DNA of 57,712 nucleotides from a virus (Duplodnaviria; Caudoviricetes): IMG/VR virus record IMGVR_UViG_3300030107_004068, positions 1 to 57,712 of that record; one strand, 5' to 3'. Shown piece by piece: positions 39,164 to 47,256 of this stretch (position 1 is its first letter; each line of letters starts with the position of its first letter). The notes under the pieces were generated by a model. It saw only the letters and a program-made list of their open reading frames with translations, ran no database searches and was not told where the DNA came from. The position numbers and the translations under genes were made by a program.

Positions 39164-39777
39164 AACTCCATCGGCTTTATGATGTTCGCATAGCCACAGC
39201 CGCGATGTAAAATAGAAACATTGTCAAGCCATCGATCAATCTGTGTGTTTATCAACGCTTTGCCTTTGTCGTAGCATTCATTTTTAAAGGCAGCGCTTCC
39301 TGTGACGGTACACATCCAAAGATAATCAACAGTTCTATGTAGATGATCTCTGGCGCATTGGGACATCATCATCGCTTGATACGGTGAAATTAACAGCCAT
39401 GCGTATATTCTATCCAACAAGTCCGTATCGATATTGCCGGTGTCTTGATACCACTCGTACAAGTACTCGCTAGCAAAATCAACCAGATGGTCTATTGAAT
39501 CAAGGTTGTTTACGTTGGCTGAAAATGTGCTGGATTCTTTGAGAATCATGTAGTCAATACCGTATGCCATAAACTGCAAATAGTGACCGTTCTCAACAAA
39601 CTCTTTGACCCTGTTGGCTGTTGAATACAAAACAAAATTGTTTCCGCCATGTATTCCTCGAGCCTTATTGGACTGTACTTTTTTGAAGACCATGCATTTG
39701 TCGTCTTCTGTTAAATACTGATCGATAAGGCTTTGCATATTAGCATCAGTTGGTTTCATTGTATCAACCAGCATCAA
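39160..39777 (-). CDS. Hypothetical protein
   Basis: 205 aa; overlaps the helicase stop. Confidence 0.6.
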   Translation of the reverse strand: MMLVDTMKPTDANMQSLIDQYLTEDDKCMVFKKVQSNKARGIHGGNNFVLYSTANRVKEFVENGHYLQFMAYGIDYMILKESSTFSANVNNLDSIDHLVDFASEYLYEWYQDTGNIDTDLLDRIYAWLLISPYQAMMMSQCARDHLHRTVDYLWMCTVTGSAAFKNECYDKGKALINTQIDRWLDNVSILHRGCGYANIIKPMEF

Positions 39778-41111
39778 TCACCACTCCCATCTACATCTTT
39801 TACCAGCCCTGGCTTTGATATTTCAATCACATTGTCTGGGTCTTGTTTGCGCCAAACATATGTTCTTTGTCCACCTATGCGCCTTCTTGAGCGTTCGAAG
39901 CCAAGTTGTCTCATAATGTCTCCAACACGCATCTCGTTGTTACGTGTCATTTGATATTTTTCGAGACTAAGGGCTTGAGTCATAATTTCGCTTGTAGACA
40001 AAGTGCCACGGTTGACCCTCATGAAGTCTTCGATCACCTCGTGCCATGGGTCGTATTGACGGAAATCAGATGATTGCTCTTCAAGTTGTTGCTCTGCTTC
40101 GTTCTCGAGATACCACTTCTCGCCATTCTTGAAGGCAACCACGGCCTCTGCCCACAGTTGGGCTCGATTTTGCGTGGTCCAGTCTGTATCAATCTTGCCG
40201 ATCTGCACAGGCCAGTAGCGCCTAGATCCAGTCATGTCCGTAATGAACGCAGCCTTGTTTGTTGTTCCACAAAAGACGGTGTGCCTCTTCAGCGTGATTG
40301 CTTTCCGACCATAGGGTGGCCGAAACGTATCTTCCTGCGCCGACAAGAAAGCTTTAGTAGATGAGTTGTGTGCTCTTCGGATAGAGTCCAATTCTGCCAC
40401 CTCGTAGATCCACGCTCGATGAATTTGCATGTATGCATTGCTCGACCCGATATCCATTGGCGTGTCACAGAAGTATTCATCTGACGCGAGGAGTCTAAAC
40501 GTCGTACTCTTTCTGGCGCCTTGTGGGCCCACCAGGATCAAGACGCAGTCTGCCTTGATACCAGGATTGAAGGCTCTCGCTATGCACTGTACCAGCCACC
40601 TTCTGCCCATCTCTTTGTTCAGTTTTGTGTCCTCCGCTCCGACTGCACGTATAAGCCATTCATCCATGCGTGGAGTTCCGTCCCATGTGACTGTTTTCAA
40701 CCAGTCAACCAATGGGTTCTTACCGTTCTCTTCTGCAACGTAGGTGACTGATTCAACAATCACATCTGTGCTAAATCCAACGTCATAATGCTTTTTCATC
40801 CACAACTTTATGCGAGTGTCGTCTGTGTCTTTGTAGTCCCGATCATCGAGCATGGTGACTGCTCGAAACTCGTCTTGCCACACCCTTCCTCTCCATCGCC
40901 TATCTTTCGAGAGGACTGTGATCAGGTTCGATACAGTTGGCTTTATCTTTTCGGTTCCATCTCTCGTGGTTGCCGTTTCCAATCGCCCTATCACGCTTGC
41001 CTGTGGGCCCTCTTGTTGCCCCCTCTCATGCTGCTCCTCTGCCATCTTAAGCAGGTCTGACAGCTTTACTCCGTCGTCTTCTCCAGACAGTATTTCATCA
41101 AGGTCTACCAC
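39774..41111 (-). CDS. VapE/VirE-family SF3 replicative helicase
   Basis: Walker A GPQGARKST, WIYEVAEL, FRPPYGR, FCGTTN, TGSRRYWPV and QLWAEAV, plus a C-terminal winged helix. Confidence 0.9.
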   Translation of the reverse strand: MVDLDEILSGEDDGVKLSDLLKMAEEQHERGQQEGPQASVIGRLETATTRDGTEKIKPTVSNLITVLSKDRRWRGRVWQDEFRAVTMLDDRDYKDTDDTRIKLWMKKHYDVGFSTDVIVESVTYVAEENGKNPLVDWLKTVTWDGTPRMDEWLIRAVGAEDTKLNKEMGRRWLVQCIARAFNPGIKADCVLILVGPQGARKSTTFRLLASDEYFCDTPMDIGSSNAYMQIHRAWIYEVAELDSIRRAHNSSTKAFLSAQEDTFRPPYGRKAITLKRHTVFCGTTNKAAFITDMTGSRRYWPVQIGKIDTDWTTQNRAQLWAEAVVAFKNGEKWYLENEAEQQLEEQSSDFRQYDPWHEVIEDFMRVNRGTLSTSEIMTQALSLEKYQMTRNNEMRVGDIMRQLGFERSRRRIGGQRTYVWRKQDPDNVIEISKPGLVKDVDGSGD

Positions 41112-42120
41112 CTGTTGCCCCCTCTAAGCTTCGAAGTGGGAGCCGGTATGCGACACGCGAACCAAGCTGGGTTTGTATTGTCGTAGCGTAAGAATCACCT
41201 TTGGCGTCTGGGTCGGTTCCGATGTATACCTTGACCTCGCTTGGAATAGAAAGCTTGCTCACCGAAGAAAACGATCCCGACGTTCCTCCGAGCACTGCAA
41301 GCTTGAGCCCTTCCCGGTGAGCTTCTGTTGATACTTTTATAAAATCAGTGATCCCTTCTACAAAGATCACGCCATCGATGTCTTGGTCTTCCTTTCGCAT
41401 CATCTTTACGGCAAACCGATTCGGCATAAAGAGCCCAGAGGCCTGAAATCCGCTTGGCCACAATGTCTTTGGCGCGTTGTTTGTCTCACCGATTGCTCGG
41501 GCATGAATGCTTCTGAACTGGCCTTTCGAGTCAAAAGCAGGAACAATCAGTCTCCACTTCATTGAGCGTCCTCCAGGCCACCACTTTGGCCATCGGTATT
41601 GGTTTCTATCAGGAGTAACGCGGACCACCCCAGCCTGGGACAGAGAAGCAAGATGCACCTTTCTCAACTTTAAAAATTCGAATACTTCATGATTTTCTTC
41701 AAGCCTGTTGAGAGTGTGAGAAGACTTCCACAGACCCATCACTTCTTCTCTTGGAGGGAAGTCTCCATCAAGCTTTACGGTCGGCTTAGGCATAGGGTTG
41801 CTTAGTACATCTTTACGAACATCCGATCCTTGGAACCAAGCGTTGACTTTGTCTTTGGTCTGAGAGTCAGCGTCTTTGAACTTGAGCCCACACAGCCTTG
41901 CTGCAACAAGGTCTATGCCAGAGCCGACCATGCCGCATTGGTGGCACTTCCAGCCCTTCTGATCTCTCCTGATACCTATTGGTCCTCGCTTATCCGTAGA
42001 GCCTCGAACAACAGATCCGCAGCACGGGCATGGCCCGAACGATCCGCTTTTTCCAGGGGTTAAACCTAGTTTTTGAGCTACTGCTTGTACTGGTACTTTT
42101 TCTGCTTCATTCATCCACAC
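41098..42120 (-). CDS. DnaG-type primase (Zn-binding domain plus TOPRIM)
   Basis: CPCC...WKCHQC..G.GIDLV zinc domain; VEGITD and TDPDAKG TOPRIM motifs. Confidence 0.85.
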   Translation of the reverse strand: MWMNEAEKVPVQAVAQKLGLTPGKSGSFGPCPCCGSVVRGSTDKRGPIGIRRDQKGWKCHQCGMVGSGIDLVAARLCGLKFKDADSQTKDKVNAWFQGSDVRKDVLSNPMPKPTVKLDGDFPPREEVMGLWKSSHTLNRLEENHEVFEFLKLRKVHLASLSQAGVVRVTPDRNQYRWPKWWPGGRSMKWRLIVPAFDSKGQFRSIHARAIGETNNAPKTLWPSGFQASGLFMPNRFAVKMMRKEDQDIDGVIFVEGITDFIKVSTEAHREGLKLAVLGGTSGSFSSVSKLSIPSEVKVYIGTDPDAKGDSYATTIQTQLGSRVAYRLPLRSLEGATGGRP

Positions 42121-42228
42121 TGTTGTTTCTCCTTAATACAGACACAAGTTCACAAGCCTACCGTGGTGGGTAGGCAAATAGACAAAGAGTTCAAAACTCT
42201 ACCGCCTCACCGGCTGTAGGTCAACGAA

Positions 42229-42513
42229 CTATGTTCTTTTGATCTGCCACTTCAGGGTTTTGTCTGGAGTGATCAGAAATGACATCTCAACACCAACTTC
42301 TTCCCTGGCGTTTGACGCCCATCGAACGAGGGTATCTAGCGTAGGCCTTCTTCCTTTGCGGTTGATAGCCTTACATAGTGGGCTGTGCCCTGTTCCAAAT
42401 ACTCTGGCGCATTCTCGATATGTGTCTCCAACCTCACCCATAAGGGCCTTAAGTGCTGGGACAGTATCAACCATATGTTCAAACGGTTTATTGCCGTCTT
42501 TTAGCTCGCTCAT
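42229..42513 (-). CDS. HTH protein
   Basis: TYRECARVFGTGHSPLCKAIN..RRPTLDTL; AAGGAG RBS. Confidence 0.65.
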   Translation of the reverse strand: MSELKDGNKPFEHMVDTVPALKALMGEVGDTYRECARVFGTGHSPLCKAINRKGRRPTLDTLVRWASNAREEVGVEMSFLITPDKTLKWQIKRT

Positions 42514-42536
42514 GTTGTCTCCTTCTTGGTGGTAAC

Positions 42537-42565
42537 AGAATAGGCTACACCTCTTGCCTTGTCAA
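42537..42565 (-). promoter_or_regulatory. Sigma70-like promoter of the primase-helicase operon
   Basis: TTGACA-17 nt-TATTCT on the minus strand. Confidence 0.7.
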
Positions 42566-42689
42566 ATCTTGTTTTGCACAAGATGTTGTATGGGCTACAT
42601 TGTGTTGCACTTACATATTTAGTCATTGTTGTGTTTTGTCTAATGGACTATGATTTGATAGAATAGGTTTCATACCGCTGGAGACTTAG

Positions 42690-43082
42690 ATGGCGCTTAC
42701 TGTTACTGGTTTTTCGAATGCAAGCTTGAACTACAAGTTGGCTCAAGAAACTAACGCTGGCGTTACCCCGAGCGTTGATATTTTTGGTGGCGGAGGGACG
42801 CTGCATTCGATTCATTTTGCCAACCTAGACACGACCAATGCTGCATATTTGAAAATTAAACTGACTACTGGGACCGTAGCTGTAGGAACAACAAAGCCTG
42901 ACTTGATGTTTAAGCTCGCCGCAGTGGCTAGCAGTAGCTACGCAGATCGATCGGTCACACAGATAAACTTCCCAGCAGGAATCTCTTTTAGCCAGCTTAG
43001 TTTTTGGGTAACAGACCAGCCAGCATGGGATGACACTAGTGGCGATCCTGGCACTGTTACTCTTAGTTTTCTAGCCTCTTGA
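42690..43082 (+). CDS. Beta-sandwich family protein, type A, copy 3
   Basis: NYKLA...GTLHSI...AYLKI...KPDLM...FPAGISFSQLSFW. Confidence 0.7.
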   Translation: MALTVTGFSNASLNYKLAQETNAGVTPSVDIFGGGGTLHSIHFANLDTTNAAYLKIKLTTGTVAVGTTKPDLMFKLAAVASSSYADRSVTQINFPAGISFSQLSFWVTDQPAWDDTSGDPGTVTLSFLAS

Positions 43083-43089
43083 GGTAATC

Positions 43090-43458
43090 ATGGCCGTAAC
43101 GACTAAAACCGCAGTAAACCCCCTTGTCACCGATATTATTACGGATGCTGCTGCAGACCTAACTGTAGAAACCGCTGCCACATCAAATCAGAATGTGTAT
43201 GCAGTTGAGATTGTTAACTCGAACGATCAAGCAGTTTATGTCCATATGATGAACGCGGCAAGCGGTAGTACAGCCGCGACCCAACATGACCATCAGTTTT
43301 ACTGTGCTCCAAACACATCTTGTTACTACTACTTCCCACTTGGCTATAAAACAGAAGCTGGTATCCAATTCTTTTGTTCTATAACTGCAGCAGGTGGGCA
43401 AATTGCTAAAGCTCCGACGAATTCTGTCACTATAAGAATAGGATGCACTGACCGTTAA
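43090..43458 (+). CDS. Beta-sandwich family protein, type B, copy 3
   Basis: VYAVEIVN...AVYV...HQFYCAP...YYFPLG...GIQFFC. Confidence 0.7.
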   Translation: MAVTTKTAVNPLVTDIITDAAADLTVETAATSNQNVYAVEIVNSNDQAVYVHMMNAASGSTAATQHDHQFYCAPNTSCYYYFPLGYKTEAGIQFFCSITAAGGQIAKAPTNSVTIRIGCTDR

Positions 43459-43727
43459 TGATTAAGCACTTTCGCCGCGTCATCTGTTGGCCACAGCTTT
43501 TGATTGGATTTATTGGGTCCATCCCCTAGCTTAATCAAACCTCTCTGCCTAAGGCTATCAACAGCCATATACACTATTCGATAAAGCTTATCTCTTGGCT
43601 TGTCTTCGGTGTTTAGGTCGTCTGTGATTGTTTGAACCGTCTCTACTCCAGGCTCAGAAATAACGTAAGACAATACTACACCGCGCATTGAGCTTGGGTT
43701 TACTTTGGTTGTCGGTTGGTTTTTCAT
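43455..43727 (-). CDS. Small winged-helix-like protein
   Basis: TVQTITDDL...VYMAVDSLRQRGLIK pattern. Confidence 0.5.
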   Translation of the reverse strand: MKNQPTTKVNPSSMRGVVLSYVISEPGVETVQTITDDLNTEDKPRDKLYRIVYMAVDSLRQRGLIKLGDGPNKSNQKLWPTDDAAKVLNH

Positions 43728-44038
43728 TAGTACCTCAGTTTCAAGTCTTGGTATGTCAGGGGCCTTGGCCGAACGCATGTCTTCAGCATGCACCTTTGCC
43801 TGTTTCCATCTTTGACGTAAAAAACCATGATGGGGTCATACCAGACTGCACGACCCGTGATGATTACATCACTGTCTTTGAAGCCCTCACACGATGTTTC
43901 AGCCGTGCAGAAGTAATCACCATCGTCACCCTTGATGAGCCACTCCTTGTCTGAAGCAAACTCATCCGTAACGTAGTAGTACTTTAGGTCTAATGCTTGA
44001 GCATAAACCGATAAAATGAATATTAATATTAAGTACAA
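43727..44038 (-). CDS. Hypothetical exported protein
   Basis: Signal-peptide-like LILIFILSVYAQA, four Cys, AAGGAG RBS. Confidence 0.5.
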   Translation of the reverse strand: MYLILIFILSVYAQALDLKYYYVTDEFASDKEWLIKGDDGDYFCTAETSCEGFKDSDVIITGRAVWYDPIMVFYVKDGNRQRCMLKTCVRPRPLTYQDLKLRY

Positions 44039-44067
44039 GCTGTTTCTCCTTTTGTGGTGTTAGAAGC

Positions 44068-44673
44068 TTACTTCTTAGGTGGTGCCACTCCCTGGGTTGG
44101 CGCGATTGCATCATTAAGCATGTCCAGAACCTTCATGAGGCCTTCTGGGGGGCCGTCGTCGCGTGCGACTACCTTCACGTCGTACTTGGCGCTGTTGTCG
44201 CTCTTACGGCTATTCTCGCTGTGGTTAGCCACAGAGCCGTGTACGGTGACCTCGCAAGAGAAGAGACCAGCGTTGTACTTAGCCTTGGCTGTAAGGTCAG
44301 CCTTGCTGTCTGATGTAGTCTTGCTCGATGTCGATGACTTCACTTCCATAGTGAATCGAACTTCGGCTTCCTTAACTGACAAAGAAGGAGTGTTGATAAT
44401 GGCGAGCAAGGGAACCTGGAGGTCCACCTTCTCCATCTTGGTCGTTCCGTCTGCATCTTGAACTGGCTTATTAAAGCTGAAGTCCACGGTGCGAGCAGAC
44501 ATCACCTTACCAGTCGCATCGGTATCGAGGCCAACATCCTTGATGAAGTCTGATGATGCCTTAGCAAGCAGCGTCTGAGCGCTACAGGCGGCCTTGAGGG
44601 GCCCGCCGATAAGCTGGTCCATGGGAAGACCACCGAACTGGTCTGACATCTTTACAAGGCCTGAATCAGCCAT
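44068..44673 (-). CDS. DUF2589-like protein (long member, with Ser/Thr-rich beta-hairpin)
   Basis: F.GLPMDQLIGGPL.AA..AQ..LA....FI..VG, VPLLAII..PSL, FTMEV and PPEGL.KVLD.L, recalled as the DUF2589 signature. Confidence 0.8.
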   Translation of the reverse strand: MADSGLVKMSDQFGGLPMDQLIGGPLKAACSAQTLLAKASSDFIKDVGLDTDATGKVMSARTVDFSFNKPVQDADGTTKMEKVDLQVPLLAIINTPSLSVKEAEVRFTMEVKSSTSSKTTSDSKADLTAKAKYNAGLFSCEVTVHGSVANHSENSRKSDNSAKYDVKVVARDDGPPEGLMKVLDMLNDAIAPTQGVAPPKK

Positions 44674-44682
44674 AACGAACTC

Positions 44683-45177
44683 CTAAGGTAGTAACTTGAC
44701 CAGTTGGTCATCGATTCTTGCATAACCTTCTGGGGGCTCACTGCCCTTGAAGATCAGCTTGAGTTTAGCAGCATTGCTCTCTTTTTTAAACCACGATGGC
44801 ACATTAGAGCATGGGCGGACCATTAGCTTGCCTTGCTTTTTATCCGCAGTGAGGCCCGATATCTCAACAGACATTTCAACTTCGAGCGTATCGACCCTAA
44901 GGCTTTGACCAGTCGTGAGGGATTGGAGCGGGACTGGAACTCTCTTGTGTACCAGTACTCCATCTTCCCATGTTGGGATTTCCATGACGACCATACGAGG
45001 TACATATATGGGCCTTCCATGTTCATCATTAAGTGGCTCCCCGGAATCATCAGTCTTCAACTCCCAGAACTCTTGATTCGTAATCGAGTCAAGCTCATGC
45101 CTCTCGGCAATGTCGGTGGCAGCTATAACAGCAGACTGAATAGAGTGGACAATGTCATCTAAAGAATGATCAGGCAT
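44683..45177 (-). CDS. DUF2589-like protein (short member)
   Basis: LDDIV..IQ.AV..A, VPLQSL....L.VD..EVE and KLIFKG.EPPEGYARI.D.L; paralogous to its neighbour. Confidence 0.75.
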   Translation of the reverse strand: MPDHSLDDIVHSIQSAVIAATDIAERHELDSITNQEFWELKTDDSGEPLNDEHGRPIYVPRMVVMEIPTWEDGVLVHKRVPVPLQSLTTGQSLRVDTLEVEMSVEISGLTADKKQGKLMVRPCSNVPSWFKKESNAAKLKLIFKGSEPPEGYARIDDQLVKLLP

Positions 45178-45213
45178 GGTCTCTCCAAGTTATTATTGAG
45201 TAACGGTGGGTCA

Positions 45214-45633
45214 ATGCGTCGGTTCTTCAAATCGTACAAGGACATCTTGGTCTACCATGACTACGGGCCCCTGCTGTTGTTCTGGAACATCGCAGACCTG
45301 GCCAACAATCGCGTGCTTTGGATGAGCTACGGCGAGGCTTTGGACAACGGGATGGAGTGGGCCTACCTTCAGTACGCTCTTTACTTCGTAGTGGCCTTGG
45401 GTATGCTGTTCAGCTTGCCGAACATCCGATCTTGCTCCAGGTTTGTCGGCGCGTATTTGCTGTTGTACATCTTCTCGACTACTAAGTTTGTTGTCAACGT
45501 GTTGAGCGATCCCGAGTTTGCAGTTGGCGAAGTTGGGCGAGCGCTCGTTGTGACGGGCGTCTACTTTACCTTGTGGGTTTGGATATACGTTAAAATGCGT
45601 GTGGAAGTAATGCATAAGGATCTTCGTGGATAA
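45214..45633 (+). CDS. Integral membrane protein (about 4 TM)
   Basis: Four hydrophobic segments; divergent from the DUF2589-like pair. Confidence 0.65.
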   Translation: MRRFFKSYKDILVYHDYGPLLLFWNIADLANNRVLWMSYGEALDNGMEWAYLQYALYFVVALGMLFSLPNIRSCSRFVGAYLLLYIFSTTKFVVNVLSDPEFAVGEVGRALVVTGVYFTLWVWIYVKMRVEVMHKDLRG

Positions 45634-45934
45634 GCCGACCACCACCGCTGCAATCGTTGCTGCCGTTACAGGTGTGTTCAGTGCTGGTGCGTTTAAGTTC
45701 TATGAGTTTATGTTGAAGCAGAAGAGAGAAGTTCAGCAGGAAGAAAAGGCTGAACAAACTTTGTATAGGGATGACCTAATCAAACGGGTTGAAAAGCTTG
45801 AAGAAGAGCGAGATGAGCACCTAAGTCAAATCATGAAGCTGATGACTGAGGTCACAGCGCTCAAAGTTGAAGTGGACTACGTGAAGAGAGAGAACGAACT
45901 ACTCAAGATGAAGCTTGATTCGATGAGGATGTGA
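45626..45934 (+). CDS. Single-TM plus coiled-coil protein
   Basis: AAIVAAVTGVFSAGAF followed by heptad repeats. Confidence 0.65.
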   Translation: MDKPTTTAAIVAAVTGVFSAGAFKFYEFMLKQKREVQQEEKAEQTLYRDDLIKRVEKLEEERDEHLSQIMKLMTEVTALKVEVDYVKRENELLKMKLDSMRM

Positions 45935-46295
45935 CATACTTGGCCCAAGCATACGGCTTACGTGTCGCCAGGTAGCCTCGATCTTTCTCGTGTCCGTAAG
46001 CCTCCCTCTCAAACGGTATCTCCCGATAAGCCTTATCTCCGTCCCTGTACCGGATAAGGTTGATGAGCCAGAACGTTGGATACAGCAACAGGAATCCAAT
46101 GAAGCCAAGCTCACGCCACTGCAGGTAGTGAATCGTCTCATGTCGCTTGGTTGTCTTAGTCATCTTAAATCGAGCAAAGACAAACAGCCCAAGGCTAATG
46201 GCTCCGATCTCGATAGGCGACACCCTGCTCAAGATCACTGGCACTCGACTGTTTTCTTTAAACACAGGAAAACATCTTCGATTTCTTCGTTTCAT
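45903..46295 (-). CDS. Small HExxH zincin-like protein
   Basis: RHETIHYLQ..E...AYREIPFEREAY. Confidence 0.65.
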   Translation of the reverse strand: MKRRNRRCFPVFKENSRVPVILSRVSPIEIGAISLGLFVFARFKMTKTTKRHETIHYLQWRELGFIGFLLLYPTFWLINLIRYRDGDKAYREIPFEREAYGHEKDRGYLATRKPYAWAKYVTSSSNQASS

Positions 46296-46498
46296 TTCTT
46301 ATCCTTCAATCCATAGTTATCTTTGGCCCATCCTCCGCCTTTGAGGCTAAAGCTTGTAAGCGCCATCTGTTTTTTCATGACAACAGATGTCCCATGATCC
46401 AATGCACATGCTCCACATTGAGGAGCTACCGCATCAAATGGCTGCAGGACTTCAACCTTGTTCTGGCAGTTTTCGCATTTATAAACATACAGTGGCAC
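46292..46498 (-). CDS. FmdB-family zinc-ribbon protein
   Basis: MPLYVYKCENC...CGAC...FSLKGGGWAKDNY. Confidence 0.8.
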   Translation of the reverse strand: MPLYVYKCENCQNKVEVLQPFDAVAPQCGACALDHGTSVVMKKQMALTSFSLKGGGWAKDNYGLKDKK

Positions 46499-46515
46499 TG
46501 TGTCTCCAAAAGAAA

Positions 46516-46588
46516 CTGGGGCGGCTGGACTTGAACCAACAACCTCCTGGGTAACAACCAGGCGTTCTGCCAGTTGAACTACACCCCA
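46516..46588 (-). tRNA. tRNA-Asn(GTT), CCA not encoded
   Basis: Cloverleaf: acceptor TGGGGTG/CGCCCCA plus discriminator G, D-arm GTTC-AACTGGCA-GAAC, anticodon arm CCTGG-TTGTTAC-CCAGG, T-loop TTCAAGT. Confidence 0.92.
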
Positions 46589-46596
46589 TCGGTTTC

Positions 46597-47256
46597 TTAG
46601 AAAGGGATCTCTTCGTCTGGAATACGGGCGGTCTGCTGACTTGATGCTTGAGGTCGAGACACACCATTCTCTGGCTTAGTCAAGAACTCTACCCGGTCAG
46701 AGATGATCTCTGTACTCTTTCGAGTGTTTCCGTCTTTGTCTTCATACGTGCTGGTCCTAAGCTTGCCTTCGACTGCAACCTTAGAGCCCTTGTCGAGAAA
46801 CCGCTCACAGCTTTCGGCTTGCTTGCCGAAGACAGTTACACGATGCCATTCGGTATGATCGACCCACTCGTCTCCCTTCTTCACTCGTTCATTTGTGGCA
46901 ACGCTGAAGTTGCAGATCGGAAGACCGCTCGCTGACTTTCGTAGCTCTGGCTTCTGACCCAAGTTGCCTGTAATGATTACTTTATTCACTTCACTTCTCC
47001 ATTCTGGTTTGATTAAGTCGAACGGCGATTTGCCTGCTGATGCTTTCCACATCATTTCGACGAGGTCTTCAGAGCTAATCTCAGCACTGAAAAATGTGTT
47101 GCCGCACGATAAACATTTTCTGCGTCGTACAGCAAAATATGATGTATGCCAGTCTATTTTTGGACCAACTTTTGATACCTCCCACCCATTACCTGGTGAG
47201 TGAGGGTGCCTTGTAGTTAAAACTTTTGTTCCTTTCCCGCATTTTGTACAGTTCAT
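46597..47256 (-). CDS. ssb: Single-stranded DNA-binding protein (from GTG at 46989) in frame with an upstream NrdR-like zinc ribbon
   Basis: NKVIITGNLG, FSVATNE, TEWHRV, KGSKVAVEGKLRT and C-terminal DEEIPF; upstream CTKC...RRRKCLSC..F.S.E. Confidence 0.85.
   Translation of the reverse strand: MNCTKCGKGTKVLTTRHPHSPGNGWEVSKVGPKIDWHTSYFAVRRRKCLSCGNTFFSAEISSEDLVEMMWKASAGKSPFDLIKPEWRSEVNKVIITGNLGQKPELRKSASGLPICNFSVATNERVKKGDEWVDHTEWHRVTVFGKQAESCERFLDKGSKVAVEGKLRTSTYEDKDGNTRKSTEIISDRVEFLTKPENGVSRPQASSQQTARIPDEEIPF

Noticed and set aside
42155-42231. Hairpins upstream of the primase (GCCTACC/GGTAGGC) as a riboswitch
   Set aside because: Short stems with no recognisable aptamer consensus; may be a simple attenuator or processing site.
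46479-46667. 62-aa minus-strand ORF
   Set aside because: It overlaps tRNA-Asn and the end of ssb, so it is spurious.
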